A stretch of 64,000 nucleotides of DNA from Candidatus Margulisiibacteriota bacterium (GCA_050250935.1 JBFWNS010000006.1:32001-96000); one strand, 5' to 3'; positions 49,071-59,621 are shown, counted from the stretch's first letter. Made by a program: numbers and translations. Notes: generated by a model not told the origin, from the sequence alone.

Positions 49071-50246
49071 ATGGAACAGCATAAATTAACAGGGTTTTTG
49101 ACGACGACATTGCCACGGATTAGTGGTGGTGTTGGGCTATTGGGTCTTGCCGCTTCTTTTTTCTTTTACACCAAAGATGCCCATCATTTCTTTTATTCCT
49201 ATTTGATGGCTTTTACTTTCTTTTTGACTTTGACGTTGGGATCGCTCTTTTTTGTTCTGATTCAGTTTTTGGTTAGAGCGGGTTGGAGTGTGGTACTTCG
49301 TCGTCTACCCGAAGTGGTCATGAAAAACTTCTGGATTATGGCAATTTTCTTTATTCCTATTTTGTTTGGTGCTCACGATTTATATCATTGGATGGACAAA
49401 GAAGTTGTTGCCGCCGATAAACTTTTGCAGTGGAAGTCTGGATATCTGAATTTAAAATTCTTTTTGATCCGTGCTGCTATTTTCTTTGGTATTTGGATTT
49501 GGTTGTCTTCGGTCTTTTTTAAAGGATCTGTTGGACAAGATACTTCTGGGGATCCTGCTGTTACTCTTAAACTCCAAAAATATTCGACTTTCGGTGTTTT
49601 GTTGTTTGCTTTGTCTTTAACCTTTGCTGGGGTGGATTGGGTCATGTCATTAACTCCTCATTGGTATTCCACCATGTTTGGGGTGTATTTTTTTGCAGGG
49701 TCTATGGTCTCCTCTTTATGCTTAATTAGCATTATGGCTTTGATTTTAAGGGCCAAAGGCTTTTTGAAAGATGTCATTACGGTGGAGCATTACCACGATT
49801 TGGGTAAGTTGATTTTTGGATTTAATATTTTTTGGACCTACATTGCGTTTGGCCAATACTTCTTGATCTGGTATGCGAATGTTCCTGAAGAAACCGAGTT
49901 TTTTATGCATCATTTTGCAGGGTCTTGGAACAGTGTGGGGATTTTGTTGGCCGTGGGTCACTTTGCAATCCCCTTGATTCTGTTTATGTCTCGTTACGCC
50001 AAACGAAATTTGGTGGTTCATTTTATGATGGCTTGTTGGATTGTGCTGATGCAATTGGTAGACGTGTATTGGTTGATTATGCCCAATGCCTATCCGACTG
50101 GTGTTCATATTACCGCCATGGATATTGCTGCTTTATTGGGTATTGGCGGTATTTTTGTTGCTTTTGTGTTTCATCGTTTGGGTCGTGTGGCGTTGTATCC
50201 GGTTCGGGACCCCCGTTTGGCCGAATCCAGACAGTTAACCAACTAG
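49071..50246 (+). CDS. actF: Alternative complex III ActF
   Basis: DWVMSL.PHWYST, HDLGK, QYFLIWYANVPEE; polytopic. Confidence 0.92.
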   Translation: MEQHKLTGFLTTTLPRISGGVGLLGLAASFFFYTKDAHHFFYSYLMAFTFFLTLTLGSLFFVLIQFLVRAGWSVVLRRLPEVVMKNFWIMAIFFIPILFGAHDLYHWMDKEVVAADKLLQWKSGYLNLKFFLIRAAIFFGIWIWLSSVFFKGSVGQDTSGDPAVTLKLQKYSTFGVLLFALSLTFAGVDWVMSLTPHWYSTMFGVYFFAGSMVSSLCLISIMALILRAKGFLKDVITVEHYHDLGKLIFGFNIFWTYIAFGQYFLIWYANVPEETEFFMHHFAGSWNSVGILLAVGHFAIPLILFMSRYAKRNLVVHFMMACWIVLMQLVDVYWLIMPNAYPTGVHITAMDIAALLGIGGIFVAFVFHRLGRVALYPVRDPRLAESRQLTN

Positions 50247-50256
50247 GAGTTTTTTT

Positions 50257-50571
50257 ATGTCTCATGCGTCTGTGATTACTCACGATCAATCGGAACCCCG
50301 TGGCAAAGCCATTGCGGTTGCCATTTTGTTGACGGTTCTGTTTTTGGTGGGTGTGATTGTGTTTAGCATCTATTTGTTTAAAGCCACATTGTCCACGGAA
50401 ATGAATGGCAAAGAAAACGAAGGCATGTCTGCCGATCTTCAACGTGTTCGGCTTTATGAGCAAGAACAATTGTCTAAAACAGCTTGGGTGGATCAAAAGC
50501 AAGGGATTGTTCATATTCCTATCGACGATGCGAAGCAGTTGGTGGTTCGTCACTACAGTCAACACAACTAA
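50257..50571 (+). CDS. Small single-TM ACIII-associated protein (ActG-like)
   Basis: WVDQKQGIVHIPIDDA; position between actF and sco. Confidence 0.7.
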   Translation: MSHASVITHDQSEPRGKAIAVAILLTVLFLVGVIVFSIYLFKATLSTEMNGKENEGMSADLQRVRLYEQEQLSKTAWVDQKQGIVHIPIDDAKQLVVRHYSQHN

Positions 50572-51371
50572 TGGGACGACTACGCACTGTTGTTTGCAGT
50601 GTCGTATTGTGTCTTTTGTTGGGACTTCCTGTGGTGGCCAAAGAACCCCTTCCCAAGGATTTGGTTCAGGTTGGGGTTTCCGAAAATTTGGGGGCACAAC
50701 TGCCGCTTCAAACCGAGGTTATAACCCAGGCAGGTAAAACGGTTCAATTTAAATCGCTTTTGCCTAAAAACAAACCCGTTTTGTTTTGTTTTGCCTATTA
50801 CCGTTGCCCCATGCTCTGCAACCTTCTCTTAACGGGTGTTGCCGATGCCATCAAAGAAACCCCGCTTAAACTGGGTACAGACTATGATGTGGTGACCCTA
50901 AGCATTGATCCTACAGATACCCCAGAGTCTGCGGCTGCTTTTAGAGATCGCTATATTTCAACACTGGGTAAAACGGCCAATGGAAAGCATTGGACTTTCT
51001 TGGTTGCCCAAGAACCGGCTATTACCGCTTTGGCAAAAGCGGCTGGATTTAACTATAAATTCAACCCCGATACCAATGAATATGCCCACAGCGCTGTCAT
51101 CTTGATGTTAACCCCAGAAGGCAAGGTTTCCCGGTACTTATATGGCATTCAATTTAAACCCTTCGACGTTAAAATGGGCCTCTTGGAAGCCAAGGATAAA
51201 AAGCTGGTTTCTACCGTAGAAAGAGTGCTGTTGTTTTGTTATAATTACGACCACGCTTCGAGAGGATACGTCCTACAAGCCATGAATGTTATGAAGTTGG
51301 GCGGGTTGGTCACCATTTTGGCCCTCCTTACTTTTATAATTGTTCTTCTTCGCAAAGAAAAATCCAAATAG
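50571..51371 (+). CDS. SCO1/SenC copper chaperone
   Basis: YYRCPMLC, SIDP, YAH; start at ATG 50571 overlapping the upstream TAA. Confidence 0.9.
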   Translation: MGRLRTVVCSVVLCLLLGLPVVAKEPLPKDLVQVGVSENLGAQLPLQTEVITQAGKTVQFKSLLPKNKPVLFCFAYYRCPMLCNLLLTGVADAIKETPLKLGTDYDVVTLSIDPTDTPESAAAFRDRYISTLGKTANGKHWTFLVAQEPAITALAKAAGFNYKFNPDTNEYAHSAVILMLTPEGKVSRYLYGIQFKPFDVKMGLLEAKDKKLVSTVERVLLFCYNYDHASRGYVLQAMNVMKLGGLVTILALLTFIIVLLRKEKSK

Positions 51372-51400
51372 ATATCACAAGTTAGGAGTTAGGAATCTCA

Positions 51401-52372
51401 ATGGTTACCACTGGCAATGAAAGTTTGATGCATACCGGAACAATTTGGTTCCCAGAGGCGGGATCTGCGTTGGCGGGTCAAACCGATCTTTTGTTTTACA
51501 CGATTTTTGTTGCTTCTGTTCTTTTCTTTTTGGTCTTGATTGGGATTACCGCTTTTTTCTTGGTTAAATATAAGCGCAGTGGCAAGCACACGGCTGCTCT
51601 TAAACAAATCACTCACAACGATAAATTAGAAATTATTTGGTCTGTTATTCCTTTGATTGTTGTGATGGGTATTTTCTATTGGGGGTACATGGAGTACTTG
51701 AAATTGATTGTCCCACCAGCCAATACTGTGGATATCCATGTTACAGGTAAAAAATGGATGTGGCAGTTTGAATATCCCCAAGGCAAGCAAACCTTAACGG
51801 ACTTGGTTGTACCTGTGAATCAACCCATTAAACTGATTATGTCCTCTGAAGATGTTTTGCACAGTTTCTATTTGCCCAATTTTCGGGTTAAAAAAGACGT
51901 AATTCCGAATCGATACACGGTTTTGTGGTTCAGCCCAGAGCGTGTTGGTAATTTTCAGATTTTTTGTACCGAATATTGTGGCGATGGTCACTCCCAAATG
52001 CTGGGTAATCTGAAAGTCGTTAGTGCCGAAGACTATCAAAAATTCTTGACCGAAGAAGAAGGCAAAGATATTCCCGACGACCAATTGGATAAATTGGGCG
52101 CTAAATTGTATGTTTCAAAAGGCTGTGTGGCTTGTCACTCTTTGGATGGAAAGCCTGGAGTAGGTCCCAGCTGGAAAGGGTTGTACGGATCCAAACGGAC
52201 CTTCTCTAATGCCCCTGCAGAAGTGGCCGACGACAACTACATCCGCGAGTCTGTGGTTAAGCCTGGTGCAAAGGTTGTGACCGGCTTTGGTCCTGTTATG
52301 CCCACGTTCTCGGGTTTGTTGAGCGACCGAGAGATCACCGGTATAATCGCATATATTAAAACCATCAAATAA
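51401..52372 (+). CDS. coxB: Cytochrome c oxidase subunit II with fused cytochrome c (caa3 type)
   Basis: CuA ligands HSF...[13 protein letters not shown]-terminal CVACH. Confidence 0.95.
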   Translation: MVTTGNESLMHTGTIWFPEAGSALAGQTDLLFYTIFVASVLFFLVLIGITAFFLVKYKRSGKHTAALKQITHNDKLEIIWSVIPLIVVMGIFYWGYMEYLKLIVPPANTVDIHVTGKKWMWQFEYPQGKQTLTDLVVPVNQPIKLIMSSEDVLHSFYLPNFRVKKDVIPNRYTVLWFSPERVGNFQIFCTEYCGDGHSQMLGNLKVVSAEDYQKFLTEEEGKDIPDDQLDKLGAKLYVSKGCVACHSLDGKPGVGPSWKGLYGSKRTFSNAPAEVADDNYIRESVVKPGAKVVTGFGPVMPTFSGLLSDREITGIIAYIKTIK

Positions 52373-52392
52373 TTGGAAGAAAAGGAATTGTA

Positions 52393-53997
52393 ATGAGTAG
52401 TACGACACATTCAGGTGGTAATTACCTTAAACAACCCAAAGGGCTTTGGTCCTGGCTAACAACTGTCGATCATAAACGTATCGGCATAATGTATTTAATT
52501 GCGGTTGTGATTTCTTTTGCCATTGGTGGTTTTTTTGCCTTAAGTCTTCGGTTTGAATTGCTGACGCCGACCCGGTTGATTGTGGATGCAAAAACCTATA
52601 ACCAATTGTTTACCTTGCACGGCGCAGTTATGGTGTTTCTGTTTATTATTCCTTCGATTCCTGCCACTTTGGGCAACTTTTTATTGCCCCTTCAAATTGG
52701 CGCCAAAGATGTGGCGTTTCCTCGCTTAAACCTTGCCAGTTTTTATGTGTATCTGATTGGGGCGGCCTTTTGCTTGTATTCCATGATTGCCGGTGCCGCT
52801 GATACCGGTTGGACTTTTTATACCCCATACTCCATTCAAGCTTCGACCAGTGTGATTTCCATGACACTGGGTGCGTTTATTTTAGGCTTCTCTTCCATTT
52901 TTACGGGGCTTAATTTTATTGCCACCATTCACAAGATGCGGGTTAAAGGCATGGGCTGGTTCGATATGCCCTTGTTCTGCTGGGCCACCTACGCAACCGC
53001 TGTTATTCAAGTTTTGGCCACCCCAGTTTTGGGGATCACCTTGTTGTTGTTGGTGATTGAAAAAGCCTTTGGTGTTGGTATTTTTGATCCGACCATCGGT
53101 GGGGATCCCGTTTTATTCGAACATTTCTTTTGGTTCTACTCTCATCCTGCGGTATACATCATGATCTTGCCTGCGATGGGGATTATGAGCGAGGTTGTAA
53201 CGGCCTTTTGTAAGAAGCATATTTTTGGATACAAATTGATTGCTTACTCCAGTATCGCCATCGCCATTATTGGGTTTTTGGTTTGGGGTCATCATTTGTT
53301 TGTTGCTGGTCAGTCCGAGTTTGCAAATATGTTGTTTTCGCTTTTGACCTTCTTGGTGGCCATTCCTTCGGGGATCAAGGTCTTTAACTGGATCGCAACC
53401 ATGTATAAAGGGTGTATCGATTTAAAAGCACCGTTCTTGTACTTTTTGACCTTTTTGTTCTTGTTTTGTATTGGTGGTTTTACCGGCATTATCCTGGGTT
53501 GTTTGTCCTTGGATTTGAATTTGCATGATACGTACTTTGTTGTGGCTCACTTCCACTATGTCATGATGGGTGGAACGGTGATTGCCTTTATTGCGGGTCT
53601 TCATTACTGGTGGCCAAAAATGTTTGGCAAAATGTACAGCGAAGGCTGGGCCAGAGTGGCTTGGTTCTTCGTTTTTGTTGGGTTTAACATGACTTTCTTT
53701 ACCCAATTTATTTTGGGTGCGAAAGGGATGCCAAGACGCTATTACAGCTATTTGGATCAATTCCAACCCCTCCATGCGTTTTCAACAATGGGAACCTGGG
53801 TGTTGGGCTTTGGATTTATGATTATGGCGTTTTATTTGATTCAATCGTTGGTGGGTGGCAAAAAGGCCCCTGCGAATCCTTGGGGTGCCTTAACCCTGGA
53901 ATGGCAAACGGATTCTCCCCCTCCAACCGAGAATTTTTATGAAACCCCAGTGGTCACACATGGCCCCTATGATTTTGATAAGGTAGGACAGAAATGA
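52393..53997 (+). CDS. coxA: Cytochrome c oxidase subunit I, A2 subtype
   Basis: [40 protein letters not shown]. Confidence 0.97.
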   Translation: MSSTTHSGGNYLKQPKGLWSWLTTVDHKRIGIMYLIAVVISFAIGGFFALSLRFELLTPTRLIVDAKTYNQLFTLHGAVMVFLFIIPSIPATLGNFLLPLQIGAKDVAFPRLNLASFYVYLIGAAFCLYSMIAGAADTGWTFYTPYSIQASTSVISMTLGAFILGFSSIFTGLNFIATIHKMRVKGMGWFDMPLFCWATYATAVIQVLATPVLGITLLLLVIEKAFGVGIFDPTIGGDPVLFEHFFWFYSHPAVYIMILPAMGIMSEVVTAFCKKHIFGYKLIAYSSIAIAIIGFLVWGHHLFVAGQSEFANMLFSLLTFLVAIPSGIKVFNWIATMYKGCIDLKAPFLYFLTFLFLFCIGGFTGIILGCLSLDLNLHDTYFVVAHFHYVMMGGTVIAFIAGLHYWWPKMFGKMYSEGWARVAWFFVFVGFNMTFFTQFILGAKGMPRRYYSYLDQFQPLHAFSTMGTWVLGFGFMIMAFYLIQSLVGGKKAPANPWGALTLEWQTDSPPPTENFYETPVVTHGPYDFDKVGQK

Positions 53998-54641
53998 GCA
54001 GCCAAGGACAATTTATTGAGCACCACGTTGCTCACCACTTTGATACAGCCGAACAAGAATTCGAAACCGCAAAGCTAGGGATGTGGGTTTTCTTGGTAAC
54101 TGAAGTCCTCTTTTTTGGGGGATTGTTTGTGGCGTATGCGATTTTCCGTAACATGTACCCCGAAATGTTCTTGGAAGCCCATCACCAGCTCTCGTGGAAA
54201 TTGGGCGGTCTTAACACCCTCTTTTTGATTACCAGCAGTTTTACCATGGTTTTGGGGGTTCGCAACGCCCAATTGAGCCGATCCAAGCGCTCTATTTTCT
54301 ATCTTTTGGTGACCCTGTTGTTTGCCTGTGGGTTTATGTGTGTCAAATATATCGAATATGCGGCCAAGTTTCATCATGGCTATTTGCCTCCCCATTTCTT
54401 TCATGGGGAAGGACATTTTGCGACCATGCCCATCTTTTTTGGCTTGTATTTTATGATGACGGGGCTCCACGGGGTTCACGTTTTAATTGGGATTGGATTG
54501 ATTGCGTGGTTGATTATTCGGTCTTTACGCGGTGAATTTCATGCAGATTATTATACCCCAGTCGAAATGGTGGGGTTGTATTGGCATTTGGTGGATTTAA
54601 TTTGGATTTTCCTATTTCCACTACTATATCTTATCGGTTAG
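53994..54641 (+). CDS. coxC: Cytochrome c oxidase subunit III
   Basis: [25 protein letters not shown]. Confidence 0.95.
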   Translation: MSSQGQFIEHHVAHHFDTAEQEFETAKLGMWVFLVTEVLFFGGLFVAYAIFRNMYPEMFLEAHHQLSWKLGGLNTLFLITSSFTMVLGVRNAQLSRSKRSIFYLLVTLLFACGFMCVKYIEYAAKFHHGYLPPHFFHGEGHFATMPIFFGLYFMMTGLHGVHVLIGIGLIAWLIIRSLRGEFHADYYTPVEMVGLYWHLVDLIWIFLFPLLYLIG

Positions 54642-54650
54642 GGGTTCATT

Positions 54651-55043
54651 ATGAGTCAGCATCACGGACATTCACACCACTTTATTGTTCCCATTAAATA
54701 CTACATTTTTACCTTTGTTAGCCTTTTGGTTTTAACGGTTTTGACCGTTGTCATTGCTCAATTTAACTTTGGGGAATGGAATATTATCATTGCTTTGGCG
54801 GTTGCCATGCTAAAAGCTGCGATGGTGGCTATGTTTTTTATGGGTTTGCGTTGGGACAAAGGGTTTAACCGAATTGCTTTTTTAAGCAGCCTTATTTTCT
54901 TGGGGATTTTCTTGTTTTTTACTATGGCGGATATCAGCTTCAGAGGTGATATGGATCGTAGGCAGGAAGGCAATCGTGTTAGCAACAGCCCTGTAAAACT
55001 CATCAAGCCAGGTCAGCCCTTAAACGCCAACGAGCACGAATAA
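54651..55043 (+). CDS. coxD: Cytochrome c oxidase subunit IV (caa3 CtaF/CyoD-like)
   Basis: LLVLTVLT, KAAMVAMFFMGLRW; three TM. Confidence 0.88.
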   Translation: MSQHHGHSHHFIVPIKYYIFTFVSLLVLTVLTVVIAQFNFGEWNIIIALAVAMLKAAMVAMFFMGLRWDKGFNRIAFLSSLIFLGIFLFFTMADISFRGDMDRRQEGNRVSNSPVKLIKPGQPLNANEHE

Positions 55044-55065
55044 CCCCGCTTATTCTGTTTTGGGA

Positions 55066-55470
55066 TTAGTCCGATACTTGGATGATCGTTTCTGCGGTGG
55101 ATTCCCCGTAGAAGGTGAGGCTGTAGCCAGACCCATTGCTGGTGTAGCTGCCGGTTCCAGCCGTATCGCTGTCGGTGAAGGCTTTGCCAGTATAGGGGTT
55201 AATGGGGGTCTTTTTGAGGTCTTGTGTCTGGATGAGGGCATCAGAAAGTCCCTTAATCGAGAGTCCGGTTCCTAGGGGATAATTTCCATTTTCCAAGTGG
55301 TAAGACTCCAAAGCCATTTGAAAAGTATGGGAAACACTTTTGAGGGTAGAGGCTTTGGCTTTTTTTTGTAGAAGCCCAAAATTGGGTAAAATTAGGGCGC
55401 TGATAAGGCCGATGATGGCAAGGGTGACAACCAATTCGATTAGCGTAAATCCGTTTGAAGTTGGGGACAT
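55066..55470 (-). CDS. Type IV pilin/GspG-like pseudopilin
   Basis: Class III signal G|FTLIELVV; ALESY...G.YP; NPYTG; RBS AGGAG. Confidence 0.9.
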   Translation of the reverse strand: MSPTSNGFTLIELVVTLAIIGLISALILPNFGLLQKKAKASTLKSVSHTFQMALESYHLENGNYPLGTGLSIKGLSDALIQTQDLKKTPINPYTGKAFTDSDTAGTGSYTSNGSGYSLTFYGESTAETIIQVSD

Positions 55471-55560
55471 AGAACTCTCCTAAAATGGGACTATTTTAAG
55501 AGAGGCACAGAATAAAACGCTCTCAAAACTACGTTAAAAAGATAATATTATTATAATAAT

Positions 55561-56574
55561 CTACAGAGACTTTATTGTAGAAAGCATGGGCATCATCGTC
55601 AAGAGCATAAATCCTAGAATTAGAAGCCCCATGATGCCCATCAAACAGGGTTGAAGTAAGCTTAACCGTCGGTTGAATTGCGCTTGTTTGGTGGCATTGA
55701 TGTCGGCTGCAAGATCTTGCAGGGACAGCCCTAGCGTTCCGCTGTGCTCGCTCATTTTTAGGAGTTCGGTTTGCAGGGCATTTAATTGAAAAACCTCGGT
55801 GAAAATTTGGGTAATATTGCCGGTCTTGGCCATGCCTAGTTCCAAGGCATGAACCAAAAAGGCCCCCGGACCATTGTGGGTCTTGGAAAGGGTAGAAACG
55901 CCTTGTTTTAGCGAAATCCCATTGTTTAGCATCATGGCCAAAATCCAAGCGATATCGCCAGTGTGAAAAGGAAATAAGATTCCATAAAGATGTGTTTTAA
56001 CCCGCTGTCTTTTAATAAACATTGCCACAAAGACCATGCCCAAAAAGGTCAAGACAACTGGGGTTGTGGTTGGGCTTGCTTGGATGGCGAAAAGAATCCC
56101 CAGGCCAGTTGGGATTTGCATGGATTGCGCTTCGTAAAACTGGGCGTAAATGGGAAGCAGAGTGGTATAGAAAAATAGGCTCATCAAGACCGTGCTCAGG
56201 CAAAGAAACAAGGGATAGGCCAGTTGCTTGGCAGTTTTTTGCAAGGTGGACAATTTGGTTTGGTAGTAGTCTTCGAGATTTCCCAAAAAGAGGGGGAGAT
56301 TGGGAAGAAAATGAAACCCTTCAAAATGATAGGGAAGGCTTTCTGGCAACAGGTGGCCAAGGGCTGCATAGAAACTTTTGCCAGCCTTAATGTCTTGAAT
56401 GAGATTTTTAAGGGCAGACCTTTGGGTTTTTTGTGGCGTTGTCGAAAGAATCAGTTGAAGGCTTTTATCCAGTGAAACCCCAGCTTTAAGGAGTCGCTGA
56501 AGTTGGGTGCAAAATAGGCAAAATTGGCGCAACTGATGGAGGTCATTAAATGGAGAGAAGGCTTTGTTTTTCAT
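55561..56574 (-). CDS. PilC/GspF family platform protein, divergent
   Basis: LLKAGVSL, G.SF..AL, LAYP, EHSGTL, LLQP. Confidence 0.85.
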   Translation of the reverse strand: MKNKAFSPFNDLHQLRQFCLFCTQLQRLLKAGVSLDKSLQLILSTTPQKTQRSALKNLIQDIKAGKSFYAALGHLLPESLPYHFEGFHFLPNLPLFLGNLEDYYQTKLSTLQKTAKQLAYPLFLCLSTVLMSLFFYTTLLPIYAQFYEAQSMQIPTGLGILFAIQASPTTTPVVLTFLGMVFVAMFIKRQRVKTHLYGILFPFHTGDIAWILAMMLNNGISLKQGVSTLSKTHNGPGAFLVHALELGMAKTGNITQIFTEVFQLNALQTELLKMSEHSGTLGLSLQDLAADINATKQAQFNRRLSLLQPCLMGIMGLLILGFMLLTMMPMLSTIKSL

Positions 56575-56633
56575 AATATAGGCGTTATTAAATAATTTAT
56601 AATATGAAAAAGGTGTCCGATCAAGGGTGGATT

Positions 56634-57392
56634 TTAGGGGAGATTAAAAAAGTGTTTGGCGTTCTGGGTGGTGGCTTTGGCGATGACGTCGATAGTCTGT
56701 CCTAGAATGTCGGCCAGTTTTACTGCGACTTCGGGAACAAAGGCGGGTTGATTTTCGGTGGGCTTGAAGGGTTTGGGGGTCAGATAAGGGCAGTCGGTTT
56801 CGATCATGATTCGGTTGAGAGGGATGCTGCGAATGGCGTCGAAATAGCTGTCTCGGTCCGAGGTAGTAATCAAGCCGGTGAACGAATAAAACGTCGTGCC
56901 ATCGCCGATGGTTTGGTCGATGAAGGTTTGATCCGCAGAAAAACAATGGACCACTTTTCGGACCTGGGGATAGGCTTTCAGCACTTGAATCATTTGAAGG
57001 TCGCTGTGCCGGTTGTGGATGATGGCGGATAGGTTCTTTTCGGCAGCCAAGTCCAACTGCGCTCTAAAAAGACGAATTTGGTCTTCTTCTGGGCCGTTGT
57101 CTCGGTAAAAATCCAAGCCAATTTCGCCGATGGCGTGGAAGGTGTGGGTTTCGACCACCGTTTTTAGCGCCGAAAGATCGGGGTTTTTAGGGGTTTCGCA
57201 GGGGTGAATACCGGCTGTTGGGAACAGGAATTGGGGGTATTCTTGGGCCATTTGCCAGGCTTGAAGCGAGGTTTCAACATTAAGCCCCACATTTAAAATG
57301 CCCGACACCTCGGCCGTTTTGGCCTTTTGAACCAGTTCGGCAAGCGGGGGTTTGCACAAATAGAGATGGGCGTGGGTGTCGATGTAACTCAT
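56634..57392 (-). CDS. tatD: TatD family deoxyribonuclease
   Basis: IDTHAHL, GIHP, GEIGLD, HCFS, ETDCPYL; ATG 57392 overlaps the rsmI stop (ATGA). Confidence 0.93.
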   Translation of the reverse strand: MSYIDTHAHLYLCKPPLAELVQKAKTAEVSGILNVGLNVETSLQAWQMAQEYPQFLFPTAGIHPCETPKNPDLSALKTVVETHTFHAIGEIGLDFYRDNGPEEDQIRLFRAQLDLAAEKNLSAIIHNRHSDLQMIQVLKAYPQVRKVVHCFSADQTFIDQTIGDGTTFYSFTGLITTSDRDSYFDAIRSIPLNRIMIETDCPYLTPKPFKPTENQPAFVPEVAVKLADILGQTIDVIAKATTQNAKHFFNLP

Positions 57393-58189
57393 TTTAAGGT
57401 CAGCTTGTAGAGTGAATTTTTGGGTAAGTTTAAGAGATGTTGCCCAACATACACAAGTTGTTTCTGGCTGAGTCCCAAGGTTTTGAGGGCTTGAAGGTGG
57501 GCATGGGCTTCGGCAACATCGGGAACCCGAGGGGCAAAGGAGAGCATGCCGATCCATTCCCCTTTGGCTGGGGGTAGGGATAGGGCGGCGATATTTTGGG
57601 TTTGTAGCACCGTTTCGAAGTGTTTGGTTAGTTCCTTGCCCAGACTAAGCCGAGCGTCTTTAAAATGGGTCTGAAGCAGCTCTAGGGTTTTGGTAATGCG
57701 ATGGGGAGATTCAAAAAAGACCACGGGATAGCCCAGGGGCTCTGCCGACTTAAAGGCTGCTAGCAAGTCGTTGGGTTTTTTGGGTAAAAAGCCCAAAAAA
57801 ATAAACTGATTGGCCAGTTGGCCAGCGACAGAGATAAACGTGCTAACGCTAGAGGGGCCTGGAATGGGGACAATGGGGATGCCTTTTTCTCGTAAAAAGG
57901 CCACGGTTTCTGCCCCGGGGTCGGCAATGTTGGGGGTGCCCCCATCGCTGACCAGGGCAATGGATTGGCCGGCCAGCAATTTTTCGGCCAAGCTGTGTTT
58001 GCGTTGGGTTTCGTTGAACTTTTGAAGGCTTAACAAGGGGGTTTTGATGCCAAAGTGAGCCAGTAATTTTTGGGTTACGCGGGTGTCTTCGGCAGCGATC
58101 AAGTGGACGGTTTTTAGGGTGGAAATCAGGCGAAAGGTACAATCGTCTAGGTTGCCAATGGGGGTGGCACACACATAGAAGGTGCCTAG
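57389..58189 (-). CDS. rsmI: 16S rRNA (C1402-2'-O)-methyltransferase; start codon uncertain
   Basis: GTFYVCATPIGNL, AAEDTR, VSDGGTP.IADPG, PGPS, FESPHR, KELTK.FE. Confidence 0.93.
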   Translation of the reverse strand, partial: LGTFYVCATPIGNLDDCTFRLISTLKTVHLIAAEDTRVTQKLLAHFGIKTPLLSLQKFNETQRKHSLAEKLLAGQSIALVSDGGTPNIADPGAETVAFLREKGIPIVPIPGPSSVSTFISVAGQLANQFIFLGFLPKKPNDLLAAFKSAEPLGYPVVFFESPHRITKTLELLQTHFKDARLSLGKELTKHFETVLQTQNIAALSLPPAKGEWIGMLSFAPRVPDVAEAHAHLQALKTLGLSQKQLVYVGQHLLNLPKNSLYKLTLK

Positions 58190-58602
58190 GCTGGGGAGGT
58201 TGCTAATGTCACTGTTCCTTCGTAGGGGTTTTTGACACTGATAAAATCGGTGTCCACCTGGCCTCTGTAGATGCCCCCCGCTTCGATGACCAATTGACTG
58301 CCTTTGATGTTGCCATAAACACGCCCTGTTTTGGTGATTTCCAAACTGGCCGTGGATTCGATATTCCCAATCACCTCGCCGGCAATGACGATGCGTTTGG
58401 CCAATAGGTTGGCTTTGATTCGCCCTTGTTCGCCCACAATAATTTCAGAATCGCTACGGGCTGTTCCTTCAAACTCGCCTTCAATTCGAATGGATTTGGT
58501 GGAAAACAAATCGCCTTTAATGGTGGCATGTGGACCAATAAGGGTACCAATAACATCGTCGGTTTCAAAGTGTTTTTTGAGGTTAAATTTCAGGGCAGAC
58601 AT
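58186..58602 (-). CDS. Bactofilin (polymer-forming cytoskeletal protein)
   Basis: TLIG...IKGDL...IRIEGEFEG...G.V.GNI...L.IE.G. Confidence 0.93.
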   Translation of the reverse strand: MSALKFNLKKHFETDDVIGTLIGPHATIKGDLFSTKSIRIEGEFEGTARSDSEIIVGEQGRIKANLLAKRIVIAGEVIGNIESTASLEITKTGRVYGNIKGSQLVIEAGGIYRGQVDTDFISVKNPYEGTVTLATSPA

Positions 58603-58612
58603 GGGGCTTACG

Positions 58613-59518
58613 CTACCATATCCGATTGTTGGCTGTAAATAGATTTAGGTTCAAAAATGGCTTTGGCGAAATACTTTGTTGCCATTTTCGGACTTCGTAG
58701 TGCAAGTGAGGACCGCTGGTCAAACCTGTGGTTCCTACTTTGGCAATTACTTGGCCTTTTTTGACGGTTTGGCCAGAGCGAACCATGCTTTTGGACAAAT
58801 GGCCGTAGACGGTGTTGTAGCCATACCCGTGGTTCACAACCACCATTAACCCATAGGCCCCGGACCAGCCCGAATAAATGACTTTGCCATTGGCTGTCAC
58901 TTTGACAGGAGCGCCAGTCCAAGCGGGGATGTCGATGCCTTTGTGGAATTTTACCCCGCCTTCAAGGGGGTGTCTTCGCCATCCAAAGTCCGATCCAATT
59001 CGACCATAAATGGGCCAAATAGAGGGGGTGAAATCGAAGCGTTTTTTAATTTCTACGACTTTGGTTTTTTGCTCTTCAAGGGCCGTTTCTACGTGGTGGG
59101 TTTGGGTCAGAAGGTCGGCCACCCGGCTAAACAAAGAGGGGGTCGAAGAGGGGGCGCTGGATTGTTTGGGGTTTGTGGTTGGTGTTTTCTCTGGATACCC
59201 CAAAAGGGTTCTGATACGTTCTTCGGTTTTCGAAAGGGTATCCACCTTTTTTTCGAGGGTGTTGACCGAATTTTCCATGTTATGGAGTTCTTTTTGTTGG
59301 ACGTGAGTGGTGTGTTTAAGCTGTTCGTAATGGGCTAGTTTTGCGGTGTTTCGGCCTGTGATATAAAACGCCATCACCATGACGCAGAGTAAACAGGTAA
59401 GCCCGGCACCCATGAGTCTTAGAAACTGATAGGAAATTTTAAACGAGATCGGGGTTTTTCCGTCCGAACCCACAATCATGAAGGTCAGGAAACCCGGTTT
59501 TCTAAAACGATCCAACAT
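58613..59518 (-). CDS. M23 family peptidoglycan endopeptidase with TM and coiled coil
   Basis: TPSIWP, HKGID, YGHLS, GPHLHYEV; start after tRNA-Pro (ATG 59518 or GTG 59521). Confidence 0.92.
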   Translation of the reverse strand: MLDRFRKPGFLTFMIVGSDGKTPISFKISYQFLRLMGAGLTCLLCVMVMAFYITGRNTAKLAHYEQLKHTTHVQQKELHNMENSVNTLEKKVDTLSKTEERIRTLLGYPEKTPTTNPKQSSAPSSTPSLFSRVADLLTQTHHVETALEEQKTKVVEIKKRFDFTPSIWPIYGRIGSDFGWRRHPLEGGVKFHKGIDIPAWTGAPVKVTANGKVIYSGWSGAYGLMVVVNHGYGYNTVYGHLSKSMVRSGQTVKKGQVIAKVGTTGLTSGPHLHYEVRKWQQSISPKPFLNLNLFTANNRIW

Positions 59519-59541
59519 CACAAACGGTCCTTTAGGGTAGA

Positions 59542-59621
<80 letters not shown>

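Noticed and set aside
55050..55275. Small ORFs overlapping the pilin 3' end
   Set aside because: Alternative frames of the pilin gene with no independent support.
55541..55560. Fur box (GATAATATTATTATAATAAT)
   Set aside because: Only a loose match within a generally AT-rich spacer, with no iron-related gene downstream.
57393..57557. Cys-rich N-terminal extension of TatD
   Set aside because: It overlaps rsmI in another frame; the ATGA overlap at 57389-57392 gives the natural start.
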